Source: Octopus sinensis (taxonomy: Eukaryota). Taken from it: a stretch of DNA of 64,000 nt. Below the pieces are notes generated by a model. It did no database searches, had not been told where the DNA came from, and saw only the letters and a program-made list of their open reading frames with translations. The stretch lies in NCBI RefSeq assembly GCF_006345805.1, contig NC_043008.1, positions 14,322,001 through 14,386,000 of the forward strand. Reading direction: 5' to 3'. Shown here piece by piece: positions 27,531 through 43,518 of this stretch (position 1 is the stretch's first letter; every line of letters starts with the position of its first letter). The position numbers and the translations under genes are program-made.

Positions 27531-28322
27531 ATATGTTTCTTTATTAGCCCACACAGGCTGCACACAGATAGAACAAATTACAAGGTAGAGCTTTTCTTTT
27601 GAAGGTATTAAAAAAAAAAAAAAAAAAAAAGGAAGGGGGTTTCGATCAAAAGGGCGTAAAGGAGTGAAAGAGGACAAAAATAAGGGGGGGTTAAAAAAAA
27701 AAAAGGGGGGGGGAGGAAAAAAAAATGATCAATAGGATCGTTATCACAGAAATGTCAATATGAAGTTGTAAAGGGGGATGACAGGTGAGGTTTACCCTTG
27801 GAAAGAAAAGCCTACGGAAAGACCACGGTAACCTCGGTCAATGAGTCACATTTTATATTTCTTTTTTTTTTTTTTTTTTTTTTGCAAATAAGCACTCTCT
27901 GTTTCGATTTCTGGTTCATAGGACTATGCTCAAGTGGCTTCGTCATTCATACGTGCCATTCTTGCTACATTCACCCATCTTTTTTTAAAAACATTCGCTA
28001 GACAAAACTTGCCTCTCTACTCTCACTTTCCTTTTCAGTGGTACTTGAAGAAGTTGATGAGAGATTGACCAGAGAGGAAAGTGTTTGTCTCCAATCCTTT
28101 CAGACGCGTCCACCAGATACATTCTTTCGCCATAGCCACAAGGATATGAAAATAGCTCTTCTTCCCGTTTGAAGGAAGGAGGCGTGACAATATTGACGAT
28201 AGACTCAGCTGATAAACGACTCGTCCCACACGTGACAGCAGTTGTTCGACATAAGCCCACTGGTCGGAAATTGTTGGACACTGAACGAGTGCGTGCAGAA
28301 CGGTTTCGTCGCTCTGACCGCT
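27531..28322 (-). mobile_element. L1/Tx1-like LINE, 5'-truncated copy 1
   Basis: Frameshifted ORF2 C-terminus DETVLHAL.QC...LVAMAKECIWWTRLKG...FFKYHLKRKVRVER, T-rich 3'UTR, AATAAA, tail running into (TATC)n. Confidence 0.75.
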
Positions 28323-28671
28323 CGATAGATGATCGATAGATAGATAGATAATAGATAAGTAGATAGATAGTATAGATTATCCCGATAGGTAGATAGGTTA
28401 GGTAGGTAGGTAGGTGTATGTAGGGATGTAGGTAGAGTTGTAGGTAGGTAGGTAGGTAGATAGATAGATAATAGATAGATAAGATAGTATAGATAGATAG
28501 ATAGCTAGCATAGATTATAGATAGATAGATAATAGATAGATAGAGAATAGATATATAGATATTAGATGTAGGTAGGTGATAGTAGATAGATAGTTAGATA
28601 GTAGATAGGAGGTAGGTAGATAGATAGATAGATAGATATATAGATAGATAGATAGATCGATAGATCGATAG
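28323..28671. repeat. Noisy (GATA)n/(GGTA)n block
   Basis: Resembles 27214-27530 with many small indels. Confidence 0.9.
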
Positions 28672-30081
28672 ATATGTTTCTTTATTAGCCACTGCAGGGC
28701 TGCACACAGATAGGAACAAATTACAATGTAGAGCTTTTCTTTTGAAGTATTAAAAAAAAAAAAAAAAAAAAAAAGGAAGGGGGAGGTCGATCAAAGGGAT
28801 CGTAAAAGGAGAGAAAGAGGATCAAAAATAAGGGGGTTAAAAGAAAAAAAAAAAAAAAAAGGGGGGGGAGAGGAAAAAAAAATGATCAATAGGGATCGTT
28901 ATCACCGAATTCAATATGAAGTGTAAAGGGGAGGACAGGTAGTTACGGCCCGTGGAATAAAGGCGCGGAAAATACACGTAACCTCGGTCAATGAAGTCAC
29001 ATTTTATATTTCTTTTTTTTTTTTTTTCTGCTAAATAGCAACTCTCTGTTGTTCGATTTCTGGTTCGATAGTACTATGCTCAGGTGGCTTCGTCATTCAT
29101 ACGTTCCATTCTTGCTACATTCAGCCATCTTTTTTTAAAAACATTCGCTGACAAAACTTGCTCTCTCCTCTCACTTCCTTTTCAAGTGGTACTTGAAGAA
29201 GTTGATGAGAGATGACCAGAGAGGAAGTGTTTGTTCTCCATCCTTTCAGACGCCGTCACCAGGATGCATTCTTTCGCCATAGCCACCAGGATGATGAAAA
29301 GCGCTCTTCCTTCCCGTTTGAAGAAGGCTAGGCGTGACAATATTGACGATAGACTCAGCTATAAACCGACTCGTCCCACACGTGACACATTGTTCGACAT
29401 AAGCCCACGGTCGGATTGTTGGACACTGAACGTAGTGCGTGTGCAGAACGGTTTCGTCGTCGTCTGACCGCATCTCGGGCAGGGGGCCCCGTGTTTTCTC
29501 GAACGCCGTGTCGAGAGCTATCCCGACGGGTAGCTCTTCTCGGTAGCACTTGCCAGGCCAGGATCTCTGAAGTTGTCCATGGGCCCTGCCCGAAAGTCCG
29601 TCGCGAACAGGCGGGTCAGGTACTCCTCGTCGACGTCCAGGTTCGCCCCAGTCTCGTCGTCGTACCCTCCCCTCCACTAAACCCCTATTGCTTTGGTTGT
29701 GTTGACGTCACTTAGGTCGACCCGGAGGCCAGAGGTTTCTTGAGAGCAACGCGACACTTCGCGTGCCATTCGCCTTCCTCGGCCTCTTTTTGATCCCGAC
29801 TGCAGTTCGGTCATGGCGACGAGCTGCGGGAAAGCGTGCCTCACTAAACGGCGACCACACCTGTTCACCGTCGTCTACATAGAGCCAGAGATGTCGCAGT
29901 CTCAACGCGTGTCTTGCGCATCATCAACCACGGCATGCCCATCCCTCCTTTTAACGGGTGTTGACAATTAGCAAATGGATCGCCCTGACCATCGGGACTC
30001 ATCCTTTCCACAAGAAGCGAAAGAGGATGCGTTGTAGTTTGGTGATGGTTAGGGTCGGGACAAGGTACGACGGTCAGGCGG
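28672..30081 (-). mobile_element. L1/Tx1-like LINE, longer 5'-truncated copy 2
   Basis: Collinear with copy 1, extended by GC-rich ORF2 sequence with the CCHC knuckle (CPRC..DETVLH..C); heavily frameshifted; bounded by GATA repeats. Confidence 0.75.
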
Positions 30082-30091
30082 TAAGATAGAT

Positions 30092-30123
<32 letters not shown>

Positions 30124-30767
30124 TATATATAGATAGATAGATAGATAGTATGATAGATACATAGACAGACAGACCAGAATAGAAGAAGTAGGGTGAGTTA
30201 CCTTGTTTATCGTCTCTGACTCAAATTTTAGACAAAGAGAAGGTAGATACGTTGAGAGAGGTAACGGAGACACAGAAAGAAAAAATGGCGTGTTTACGTG
30301 ATGTCTTTTGTAAACGTGCTGGAGACAAACTGCTATACCACTGGACAAATTTTGATAACCATTTAAACCATCCTTCAATTAATTCATTCAATACATCCAG
30401 GCTATTCCAACTAATTCTGTCAGCTGTTTCTTGGCCTTTCACTTTTAAATCTGTACGTTTATAGACATAGGGAAAAAATATGATGTCATTATATCGACAT
30501 TGAGAATCCACTGCAACCACTCGAGATATTTCGTTTTACATGTTACTTCCTCAAGATAAACGTGATAACTAATATTTTCAAGGCAAGTAATTATCTAAAT
30601 CTTCTATAGCAGACTGGCAGTATCTTGTTACATATCTTTATTTTCTGATTTCAACCTTGTTCTTATCTTCCATCTCTCTAAAAATCAATAATTAGTGACA
30701 GTAGTGTACTCGTATAGATTTATTGTTGGTGGTCTTGTACCAGTGTGACAAATAAAAATATTTCACA

Positions 30768-30982
30768 TTGGTTTCAAATCTTTGCCACACGGCCAGCGAT
30801 TTCGGAAGAGGGGTAAGCCGATAACATAGGCCACCGTGCTCAACTGGTACTCATTATATCGACCCCGAAAGGACGAAATCTAAAATCGATCACGGCGAAA
30901 TCTGAACTCTGAACGTAAAGACGACCGAAATGCCGTTAAGCATTTCTGCCTGGCATGCTAAGGACTCTACCAGCTCGCCGCA
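30768..30982 (-). mobile_element. SINE family A
   Basis: TTGGTTTCAAA tail, ATCGACCCCGAAAGG core, CCAGCTCGCCG head. Confidence 0.8.
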
Positions 30983-31289
30983 TTAAAGATAGCTTTATAT
31001 TAAGCATTAGAATTATGTTGTTTTATCTAGGAATTAGACCCCAGACACTGATTCGACTCTCTAGGTCTGGATTTTAAATCCAGTACCGGTTAAATAAGCA
31101 TCGAAGTTACTTTGCTCCACGCAGAAACTGTAGGAGCCTCTCAGACGTTTTCCGAGATATAAATCCATCGCAATGCTGGAAAGCCTTCCGAATCGTCAGC
31201 AGGTATCTCAGAGTTACAAGTATTTTGCTCCTTAGTCTGTACGCTCTGCCTGAGTCGGGCAGCGAGGATTGAACTAAGTCTTTAGCTGT

Positions 31290-31384
31290 AGTTGGATTTT
31301 ATTGCGGTCTTTTATCAACCATCGCCACCTTGAACTTGTTTCAGCTGCCATACCAATTTCCTTGGTGGCATTCTTCAATTGATC
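31290..31384 (-). pseudogene. Probable C-terminal fragment of a restriction-like-endonuclease (HERO-type) non-LTR retrotransposon
   Basis: DQLKNATKEIGMAAETSSRWRWLIK resembles the AIK.L..AAE.AS.WLW terminal motif. Confidence 0.45.
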
Positions 31385-31469
31385 TAGGCTCCAGGAAACA
31401 GCGCATTGATCTAGCGCATTGAACAGCGCATTGAACAGCGCGTTGTATTATTTATTTTGACAGCACAGA

Positions 31470-31797
31470 AGGCGCATGGTTTAGTAGTTAGAGCGCCAGG
31501 CTCACAATCATGAGGTAATGAGTTCGATTCCTATACCAGGCTGTGTGTTGTTCTTGAGCAAGACACTTTATTTCACGTTGCTCCAGATCACTCAGCTGTA
31601 GAAGTGAGTTGCGACGTCACAGGTGCCAAGCTGTATCAGCCTTTGCCCTTCCCTTAGATAACATTGATGACATGGAGAGGGAAGGCTGGTATGCATGGGT
31701 GACTACTGGTCTTCCATAAACAACCTTGCCCGGACTTGTACCTGGGAGGGTAACTTTCTAGGTGCAATCCTATGGTCATTTATGATCTAAAGGGGTC
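31470..31797 (+). mobile_element. SINE family C
   Basis: Collinear with 8663-8995. Confidence 0.88.
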
Positions 31798-31995
31798 GTT
31801 ACCCGTATTCTTTTTTTACACTGAATTCTACAATATACACGTCACATTTTTCCTCGTCAGATAAATTCGCTGAGCTTTTTTGGTTCCATTTATTTGAATT
31901 TTTTCCATTTTTTTAAAAATTAAAACCAAGAATAGTTTTATTGAAGTGATTTATGCTGCTTTTATCTTGTTTTTGTTTTGTTTTATTTTTTTCAG

Positions 31996-32189
31996 GTCTC
32001 TTCTCGTTCTATAACTTTGGTTTATAGCTTTTTGAAATTCGAATCAAAATTTACATCTTCGCAAGCATATAGCTATGGAATGCCTTATAGTAAGAAGAAA
32101 AAAAACGAACGAATTTATCTGACAACCCAAGGATATAAGCACCATATGTTCTAAGATATCAATTGCGGATGAACAATCATTCCACTCAG
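31996..32189 (+). other. Candidate exon of an unidentified host gene (5'UTR plus possible start MNNHSTQ)
   Basis: Very long T-tract TTTTTTTCAG acceptor, CAG|GTATGT donor; ATG at 32169 open to the donor. Confidence 0.45.
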
Positions 32190-32547
32190 GTATGTATTTG
32201 TTTTCACCGCTTATTCACTTAATACCGTGAAACCGAAGCTAAACATTAGTCTTTAATCCTTCTAATCTTTCCCTGACTTGAGAGACATTTAAATATTTTT
32301 CTTGGCTTGCCAAGAACTTATCGACCAACGGTTCACTGCGTCTTCCATTCCGTCTCAAATTTAATCAATACCAGTTAATTACCTATCCTGTTCGACAGAG
32401 AATTCTCCCATGACTCTCTCGTAATCACATTGAATGACAGGTGCTACATAGCAAGCAATATATAAACAGAAAAACAAAGGTGTTGCTATTTTATATTTCG
32501 TATCTTATTTACAATATTATCACATCTACTACTACTACTACTACTAC

Positions 32548-32594
<47 letters not shown>

Positions 32595-33149
32595 GTACAT
32601 TAATGTAAATAATGATACTGAAGTGCATGAAAAAATATAGAATGATAACTGATCTTTTTATACATATTTTGTTTTTACTGAGATAGAAAATTATTCATAT
32701 ATAAAAACGTATTCACTGAATATGTTTGTTATATTCTATTCGTTATGGAAAAACAGCGAATTAACGATTATTGTAAACCTCGGATAGAATTCACTCTGGT
32801 GTTTGTTCCGGCTACTGCGCTGCGAGTTCGTGGTTCTACCGGGTCCATCTCTGCTTGTCGTCTCTTCGAGGGTTTGTGAAATAAAGTATTAGTCAAGTAA
32901 TGGACTCAGTTTCTTCTTCCTCTCATTCATAGAATTATTCTCAGTGTGCTAGTTAGCCTCGAACAGAAGATGTTGGCAGAGAGTTTGCTACAGAATGAGG
33001 TCTGCACAATGAACTTACGAGGTTTAAACGAGGCGACAGGTTATATCGAACTCCCCAAAATAAACAAAGATATCATATTCAACGTAAAAACATACTGTAT
33101 TATCGATTAGATGTCTTTTCATTTTTTTCGTTTATCTATTTTGTTTCTG

Positions 33150-33675
33150 TCATTAGACTGCGGCCATGCTGGAGCATCGCCTTCAAGACTTTTTTAGTAG
33201 AATGAAACAATTCTCTTTCTATTTTCTTTTAAGACTGCTACTTAGTCTATCGGTCTATTTTGCCGAACCGCTAATTTCCGGGGACGTATAAAACAACAAC
33301 ACCGGTTATTCAAGCAGTGGTTGAGGACTATTTCAGTCATTAGACTGCAGCCATGCATGTATATGTATGTATACGTTCGTATATGTAAATATTCGTATGT
33401 TGTATGTATATATATATGTGCATTTATGTTACTCTCTGCGTATATTTCACTGATGAGGCAAAGCATTTCTAAATGCAAATTTTTTACTAGTTTTATTTTG
33501 TTCTTTTGTCTCCTCTCCTTATGCTGTATGGGCATTTAATGTGGTTTTAGAGTCAGATCTTGGCTGCTATTTTCAGCAGGGTGGTATCTCTTAGAAACCC
33601 TAAAATTATAATACTATATATATATATATATATAATATATATATATATATAATATATATATATGTTATATATATG

Positions 33676-33757
<82 letters not shown>

Positions 33758-33920
33758 CGGCGGGTTCTTTCAGTTTCCGTCCACCAAATCTACTCACAAT
33801 GCTTTGGTCGGCCAGAGGCTATGGTAGAAGCCATCTTCCTAAAGTGCCACGCAGTGTGACTGAAACTGGAACCATGTGATTCAGAATGCAAGCTTCTTAC
33901 CACACTACTTCGCCTGTGCC
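33150..33920 (-). mobile_element. Fragmented SINE family B
   Basis: 3' part 33150-33350, 5' part 33757-33920. Confidence 0.7.
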
Positions 33921-34384
33921 TATACGTACAAATAAACAGCAGAATTCCTTGTATCTCGGGCGGGTCATTACGTTAATAAAAACACACTCACGGGATCAAC
34001 ACCTTCAGCACACAAATTCATATCAGGAATCTTGCCAGCGAAGTACAGAAAAATTAAGCAACAGAATAATCAACAGAACTACTTCTAATTAAACGAAATC
34101 TACACCTAATTAAGAAAAATAGCTTCACAATTTTGTGCCTGAATGAGAAAGCTACACTAATTCTGAGTCACAGATTACAAGATCAAATGTTGTCATATAC
34201 GTTAATTATCTCCTTAGGCAAGTTAAATTATTCTACTCGCTTTAATGTGCATAGATGGGAGCTAGATAAAATTCGCAATTTCTAGATGTGTCGTTGTCGC
34301 CAAGATCATTTCATTTTATGTACCAATTCCCCTGGAAAAAGAGAAGTGACTGCCTACATTTACTGAAATATACAGTGTCCCAAT

Positions 34385-34442
34385 ACATACTATATGTGTA
34401 CATATTTACATACAGATATACATAAACACCCACGTGCACTTG

Positions 34443-34489
<47 letters not shown>

Positions 34490-34664
34490 GATATATATAT
34501 ACATGTCTAAATATATATATACAAATGTATACAATACATGCATATACATACACGCAGACACACACAAACACACATACATATATATATAGATGTATGTATA
34601 TGTAGATATAGATATATTGCATAGACTGATAGATACATACATACGTATACATATACATGCATGA

Positions 34665-34696
<32 letters not shown>

Positions 34697-34975
34697 TACT
34701 CATATATACATATATATCATATATATGTGTGTGTGTGTATGCCTGTATGTATGTATATATATATATATATATATATATACATGCATATGCATGTATATAT
34801 GTATTTAGTTATGTATATATATATATATATACACATATACATATATACCTTCATATACATATATATACATTCACATATACGCGGGGAGATACATTCACAT
34901 ACATATGCACTCACACACATAAACACAAACATATGCATACATATACATACATGCGTGTATATATGCACACAACAT

Positions 34976-35006
<31 letters not shown>

Positions 35007-35097
35007 TATATATATATACCCATACATATGAACATACACATATATACACACATGCGCGTATATATGAATATATACACACACATATATACATACATGT

Positions 35098-35152
<55 letters not shown>

Positions 35153-35162
35153 GTATATATAT

Positions 35163-35194
<32 letters not shown>

Positions 35195-35230
35195 GATATC
35201 TATAACACAGAGAAACATAAACACATCTAC
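34385..35230. repeat. (TA)/(CA) compound microsatellite
   Basis: Direct inspection. Confidence 0.9.
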
Positions 35231-35711
35231 TAAAACAGAAACGATATTAACCAGAGATTATTTTTCCTTCTTTTCTTTCTGTTTCGAACGACATTGACAG
35301 GAAATACGTTTGGGAACCTTTCCACGATAAAATCATATAAAAAGTTTTTATATATAATCTTTCACATTTTTTCTAATCAAGTAGAGTGCTAGACTCAAAG
35401 TAAATATTAAAAACATACACTGGATTGAAGATGCATAACCGAAGACCTTCATTGAAAGCAATTTTTTTCAAATTCACAGAGACTTTTAAATCATCCATCT
35501 ATTCCATTTCCTTACATAGAGATACAATTCTTTCGTGGTTTCTTATTTCTGTAAATTTTTCCTTAATTTAGCTTTAAGTTACTCCAAAAACACCTTAACC
35601 CCGCAAAGAGATTGGTCAATACTTCTGGAAGGCATTTCACAATACTTTGGACTAGCACACACTTTCACGCTCTCACAGACGCATACACACATACACACAC
35701 ATACACACACG

Positions 35712-35770
<59 letters not shown>

Positions 35771-35847
35771 TCACACACAAATACATAAAACCTGTCACTG
35801 CCAAAGGCGGAAATTGTTAATGCCTACATCGCTTCGGTGGTGTGCTA

Positions 35848-36135
35848 CAAATTCCGCCGAGGTCGACTTTGCCTTTCATCCTTTAGGGGTCGATGAATTA
35901 AGTACCAGTTGCGCACTGGGGTCGATATAATCGACTTAATTCGTTTGTCTGTCCTTCTTTGTCCTGTCTGTGTTTACCCTTTGTGGGTAGTAAAGAAATA
36001 GGTATTTCGTCTGCCACTACGTTCTGAGTTCAAATTCCGCCGAGGTCGAGTTTGCCTTTCATCCTTTCGGGGGTCGATTAAATAAGTACCAGTTGCGCAC
36101 TGGAGCTGATATAATCCACTTAATCCGTGTGTCTG
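35848..36135 (+). mobile_element. Family A SINE dimer (truncated)
   Basis: Junction AAAGAAATA|GGTATTTCG at 36001. Confidence 0.85.
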
Positions 36136-36519
36136 ACGTAACAGCTTGTCTTTAAAATTATCAGTCCAGACTGGAGCACATGCCTTTCCTCTACTTGTGG
36201 AAGGGTCAGCTGCCAACGCCAGCTTCTTGGTCTCCGTGAGATACCGTCGTTGATTATGTCAGCCCGTACTGGGGCTGACGCTCTTGCAGAAACTTCTGAA
36301 TCATTTCGATGACAAAAGCTAAGAAGTAGTGTGGGCACCTTTCGTGCGACACGTATTTCTGTCGACCAAATTTGAGCGCCTTGACACTAGAATGATTTCA
36401 GGCACTGACAGCACTGTCAGGTGGACAACGCTAAAACAAAGAACATAAGAAAGCGAAGGTTCACAGAGAAAGTATGCGCAACGATACCTTGAAAATGACT
36501 CTAAACGTCGACAAAAACA

Positions 36520-37125
36520 GTCTGGCAGAAGCGTTAGCACGCCGAGTGAAATGCTTAGCGGTATTTCGTCTGCCGTTACGTTCTGAGTTCAAATTCCGCC
36601 GAGGTCGACTTTGCCTTTCATCCGTTCGGGGTCGATAAATTAAGTACCAGTTATGCACTGGGTCGATGTAATCGAATTAATACGTTTGTCTGTCCTTGTT
36701 TTTCCTCTCTCTGTTTAACCCCTTGTGGGTAGCAAAGAAATAGGTATTTCGTCTGCCGCTACGTTCTGAGTTCAAATCACGCCGGGGTCGACTTTGCCTT
36801 TCATCCTTTCGGGGTCGATAAATTAAGTACCACTTACGCATGGGGTCGATATAATCGACTTACTCCGTTTGTCTGTCCTTGTTTGTCCTCTCTCTGTTTA
36901 GCCCCTTGTGGGTAGCAAAGAAATAGGTATAAGTGAAATGCTTGGCGGTATTTCGTCTGCCGCTACTTTCTGACTTCAAATTCCGCCGGGGTCGACTTTG
37001 CCTTTCATCCTTTCGGGGTCGATAAATTAAGTACCAGTTACGCACTGGAGTCGATGTAATCGACTTAATCTCTTTGTTTGTCCGTGTTTGTCCCTTCTAT
37101 GTTTAGCCCCTTGTAGTCAATAAAA
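36520..37125 (+). mobile_element. Family A SINE trimer
   Basis: 183-bp units at 36560 and 36743; variant junction at 36926. Confidence 0.88.
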
Positions 37126-37477
37126 AAATTAAAAAAACAGTCTGAACTGCTGTGACTGGAAGCCATTCAAGTGGGTGGTCGATGGGCAACTTCCCAAGTG
37201 CTCGACATTGCAGTGCCATGAGAGGTAATTTCCTACTCGAGAAAAGTTCTATTATTTCGAGCGATAATTGTCACATTTGCCTGAGATTCGCACAGTGGAA
37301 CGCAACCCACAAACACACTATAGTTCAATGGCCTTGCATTACCGACATCTGAGTCTGTGTCAAACATTTGTTGACATTTTTGGAAGAATTCCGCCGTTGC
37401 GAGTCTATAGAGGAAATGAAAGGTTCACATTCATTCATAGGGTTGGACGATTACCTTATATATATATGTGTGTGTGT

Positions 37478-37772
37478 GTGGAGGCGCAATGGCCCAGTGG
37501 TTAAGGCAGCAGACTCGCGGTTTCGATTCCTAGACTGGGCTTTGTGAGAGTTTATTAAGCGAAAAACACATAAGGCTCCACGAGGCTCCGGCAGGGGGTG
37601 GTGGCGATCCCTGCTGTACTCTTTGGCCACAACTTCCTCTCACTCTTTCATATGTCGGCCTGCTCGCTTAGCCACCCGGGAGGCGTCATTTGAAGGCTAA
37701 AACAATGCGAAGCGCATTGTGACCAGCGATGTGTAGCAACATCTGATAGCCTGGTCGGTCATGGTGATCACC
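37478..37772 (+). mobile_element. SINE with family D head and a different 3' half
   Basis: GTGGAGGCGCAATGGCCCAGTGGTTAAGGCAGCAGACT..TTCGATTCC. Confidence 0.72.
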
Positions 37773-38274
37773 TTATATATGCATATATATATATGTGTGT
37801 GTGTGTATGTATATATATATATACATTATAAAAAATGCCCTTCCTTTCCATTATTTATAACACAATATTTTTGTCACCATGCTAATTGAGAATCGGAATG
37901 TACATTTCTCAATACGAAAACAAAAGAAAACTATTTCAACTGTGATTATAATTATTTTCCATTCATCTTACACATTATATAAATATTTTTTTTTTAAACT
38001 TATAATTAGTTTTATATTGCTATGTTTTGACACATGTCTGAGCCACTTCAGTGTTCCATTTATTCTGTTTGTCTTAATTCGTTTTTTATTGCCTCTTTTT
38101 ACCTTCTTGTTCAAATGTGTTGAAATTTAACGTGACATATTTTTCGTTACTGGTATTTATTGCGTTTTCAACAGAACGGGTCCATAAGATATGTTATCTC
38201 AAGACAAATACACTAGTGACTGTTCTAATGACAGCCTGTACACATTAAACATGATACATGTTGTCTTGTTATTT

Positions 38275-38316
<42 letters not shown>

Positions 38317-38570
38317 GTCTGGGGAAAGTTCTTTTTGTTTGCTTTATAATTTAGCACACTCACCGGTAAAATGTCCACTTATTTCTTATTTTTATTTTCT
38401 TCAAATATAAAGAATCTTGCAAACCAAATCCAAAAACGAATATATATTTTATATATATTCTTTATTTGAGTCAGTCATTTGACTGCAGCCATGCTGGAGC
38501 ACTGCCTTTAGTCGAACAATAGACTCCAGGGCTTATTCTTTCTAAGCCTAGCACTTATTCTATCGGTTTC

Positions 38571-38629
<59 letters not shown>

Positions 38630-38651
38630 GTGTGTGTGGTGTGTGTGTATA

Positions 38652-38687
<36 letters not shown>

Positions 38688-38820
38688 CACACAAATTTAT
38701 TCTTTTATCTTTTACTTCCTTCGGTCATTACAATGCGGCCACCATCCTGGACACAGCCGAAACGGTTGCACATGTTGAATTAATATATATCTGTATATAC
38801 ACATATATATATATATATAT

Positions 38821-38877
<57 letters not shown>

Positions 38878-39679
38878 TGTGTCTGTGTCTGTGTGTGTGT
38901 GTGTGTTTGTCTGTGTGTGTTTGTGTGGTCTTTATGTGGAATTTCTAGTTCCTGAGACGTCTTGTCAACGAGAATCAACAATTTTAATTGGAATTAAAAT
39001 CATGACGCTTCGGCAATGTAGTTGACTAAAAAGGCAAAGTCTGTTGCATTGATACCATTTAAAAATCACATTTTGCAAATATAAAAGCTCAGATTCAAGA
39101 AGGTTAATGTAAATATTATTTAAAAGAATAATTGTTTCACCGTTGTACTGAGCACTTATTTTCAAATTCTTGACTAACATGTGTGTGTCAGCGTGTGTGT
39201 CTGCGTATCCGCGTGCCTATCTATGGGCGCCCATGCACAATCATTGAATTTATGGATTTATTTGATGAATTATAAAAGAAATTACTTCATATCTATTGAT
39301 TAAAACACATTTGCCGACAATCACCGGTCTCATTTTTTAAGTCGTTGAGAAGAATTCCGTTTCTCTTGTGGCGGTGGCTTATGATGTTAAACAGAAAGCG
39401 TTAAATCACCCGAAAGTCAGTTACTATATATTCTACATTTTGTTACAGCATATTCTAAATGCCTTTGCCCATAGCGCTGACACACTACTGCGAATTTATA
39501 AAGTAGGGCTAAGTCTGTTGAACATGATGTTGCACTGGACCCAGAAAAGAAAAAAGCCAAAGAGGAACCGGTTTAGTGAAAATTCAGATCGCGAAATCAC
39601 CTGCGGGTAAAGGAATGGACAATAAGCCTTTGCCACCATAAATGACTACACTCGCACGTTGTTCCTTTCAGATATAGCT

Positions 39680-42220
<2,541 letters not shown>

Positions 42221-42954
42221 TGGAAGTGTATTTTTATTTGCCATGCTTTGTAGAGTACCAGAACGTTCATAAATACGCGTTTATGTCGAGCCATTCACTT
42301 TGGTAGTTCTTAACTCTGGTCTCATGCATTGCTGTCATATCCAGATCCAATATATTTTTAGTATATATGAAATTTGATGCATACTAAACACTAAAGAAGC
42401 GATTCTATTGAAAGGATCTAATAATATATTAATACTGCTACTTCTACTTCTATCGATATCATTATTAGTAGTTGAACTTCTATTACAAGTAATGTTAATA
42501 GAAGTGTGTGTTTAGTCGTACATGGCCAAAAATTGATTTGACATGGACGAGCAAAGTTGATTAAATCGATGTCAGCGTTTGAATGTTATTTCATCCAGCA
42601 AACCTGTAACTAAATATCAAGGCGAAGAATCGAACTCGGAAAATATAGGGACGTAATTGAATACTACAAGGTATTTTTTGCTCATCGAATGTCCCATTTC
42701 ATCTTACTACCCAAAATATCAGTTTGAAGAAGTTGGTAGTTGTATTATCGATGCTGAATATAAATGGGATCTAGCAGTCTCCGTATCTTAGAGCATAGCT
42801 TTTAATCTCACATGATTGGAATATGCCTTAAACAAAATAGGAGCTTTTAAGATATTTTCATTCAGTAGGGAAAGGAAATATTGATTATTAGTACAAGGCT
42901 AATAGTTTTAGGGAGAAGTCAATTACATCGACCCTCCTGTTCAAGTGGTACTTA

Positions 42955-43518
42955 TTAGGTTGTCAAGAAAGTTCGTGCCGCTTTTTAAATGAAAGAAAAA
43001 GGTCAATAAATACTTACTATTACATTTTTAATCAGCCAAATATGAACCATTTTGTTGCACAATGCGTCTCCATCCTTCTTTTAACTTGAAAATACCCTCT
43101 TCACAGACTTGAGGTGGTTTCATGGCAAAGAATTCATCAAGGTATTGTTTTACGTCAACCAAGGAATTGAAATTTTTGCCATTAAGACTTCTGCAGAGAC
43201 CTGAATAAGTGGAAATCCGAAGGAGCAATATCTGGTGTATATGGAGGGTGGGGTAACACGTCCCAGCCAAGCTGCAGCAATTTTTACCAGGTTCCCAAAG
43301 CATCAAGTGCCGAAAATGAACATTCTTATCTTCCATTTTAAAGGGTTACAGAATTAACACAGGTTATAGGAACATAAACCTTCTTCCACGAAAAGATAGC
43401 TTAAACTCTGCTCTAAACGGAGGTGTAGTCAAATCATATTTTATTGACTCAACCATGTTCTAAAATAAGTCGAAAGATAAGCTACAATAAATCGGCACGA
43501 ACTTTCCGGACAACCCAA
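42955..43518 (-). mobile_element. Internally deleted mariner transposon inserted in a family A SINE
   Basis: TIRs TTAGGTTGTCAAGAAAGTTCGTGCCG / CGGCACGAACTTTCCGGACAACCCAA; TA TSD at 42953 and 43519; transposase remnants MEDKNVHFRHLML, HPPYTPDIAPSDFHLF, GIFKLKEGWRRIVQQNGSY. Confidence 0.93.

Noticed and set aside
30221-30520. 99-aa non-repetitive minus-strand ORF
   Set aside because: No recognisable motif and weak splice sites.
36136-36520. GC-richer segment, possibly a decayed LINE
   Set aside because: No convincing RT or endonuclease motif could be read.
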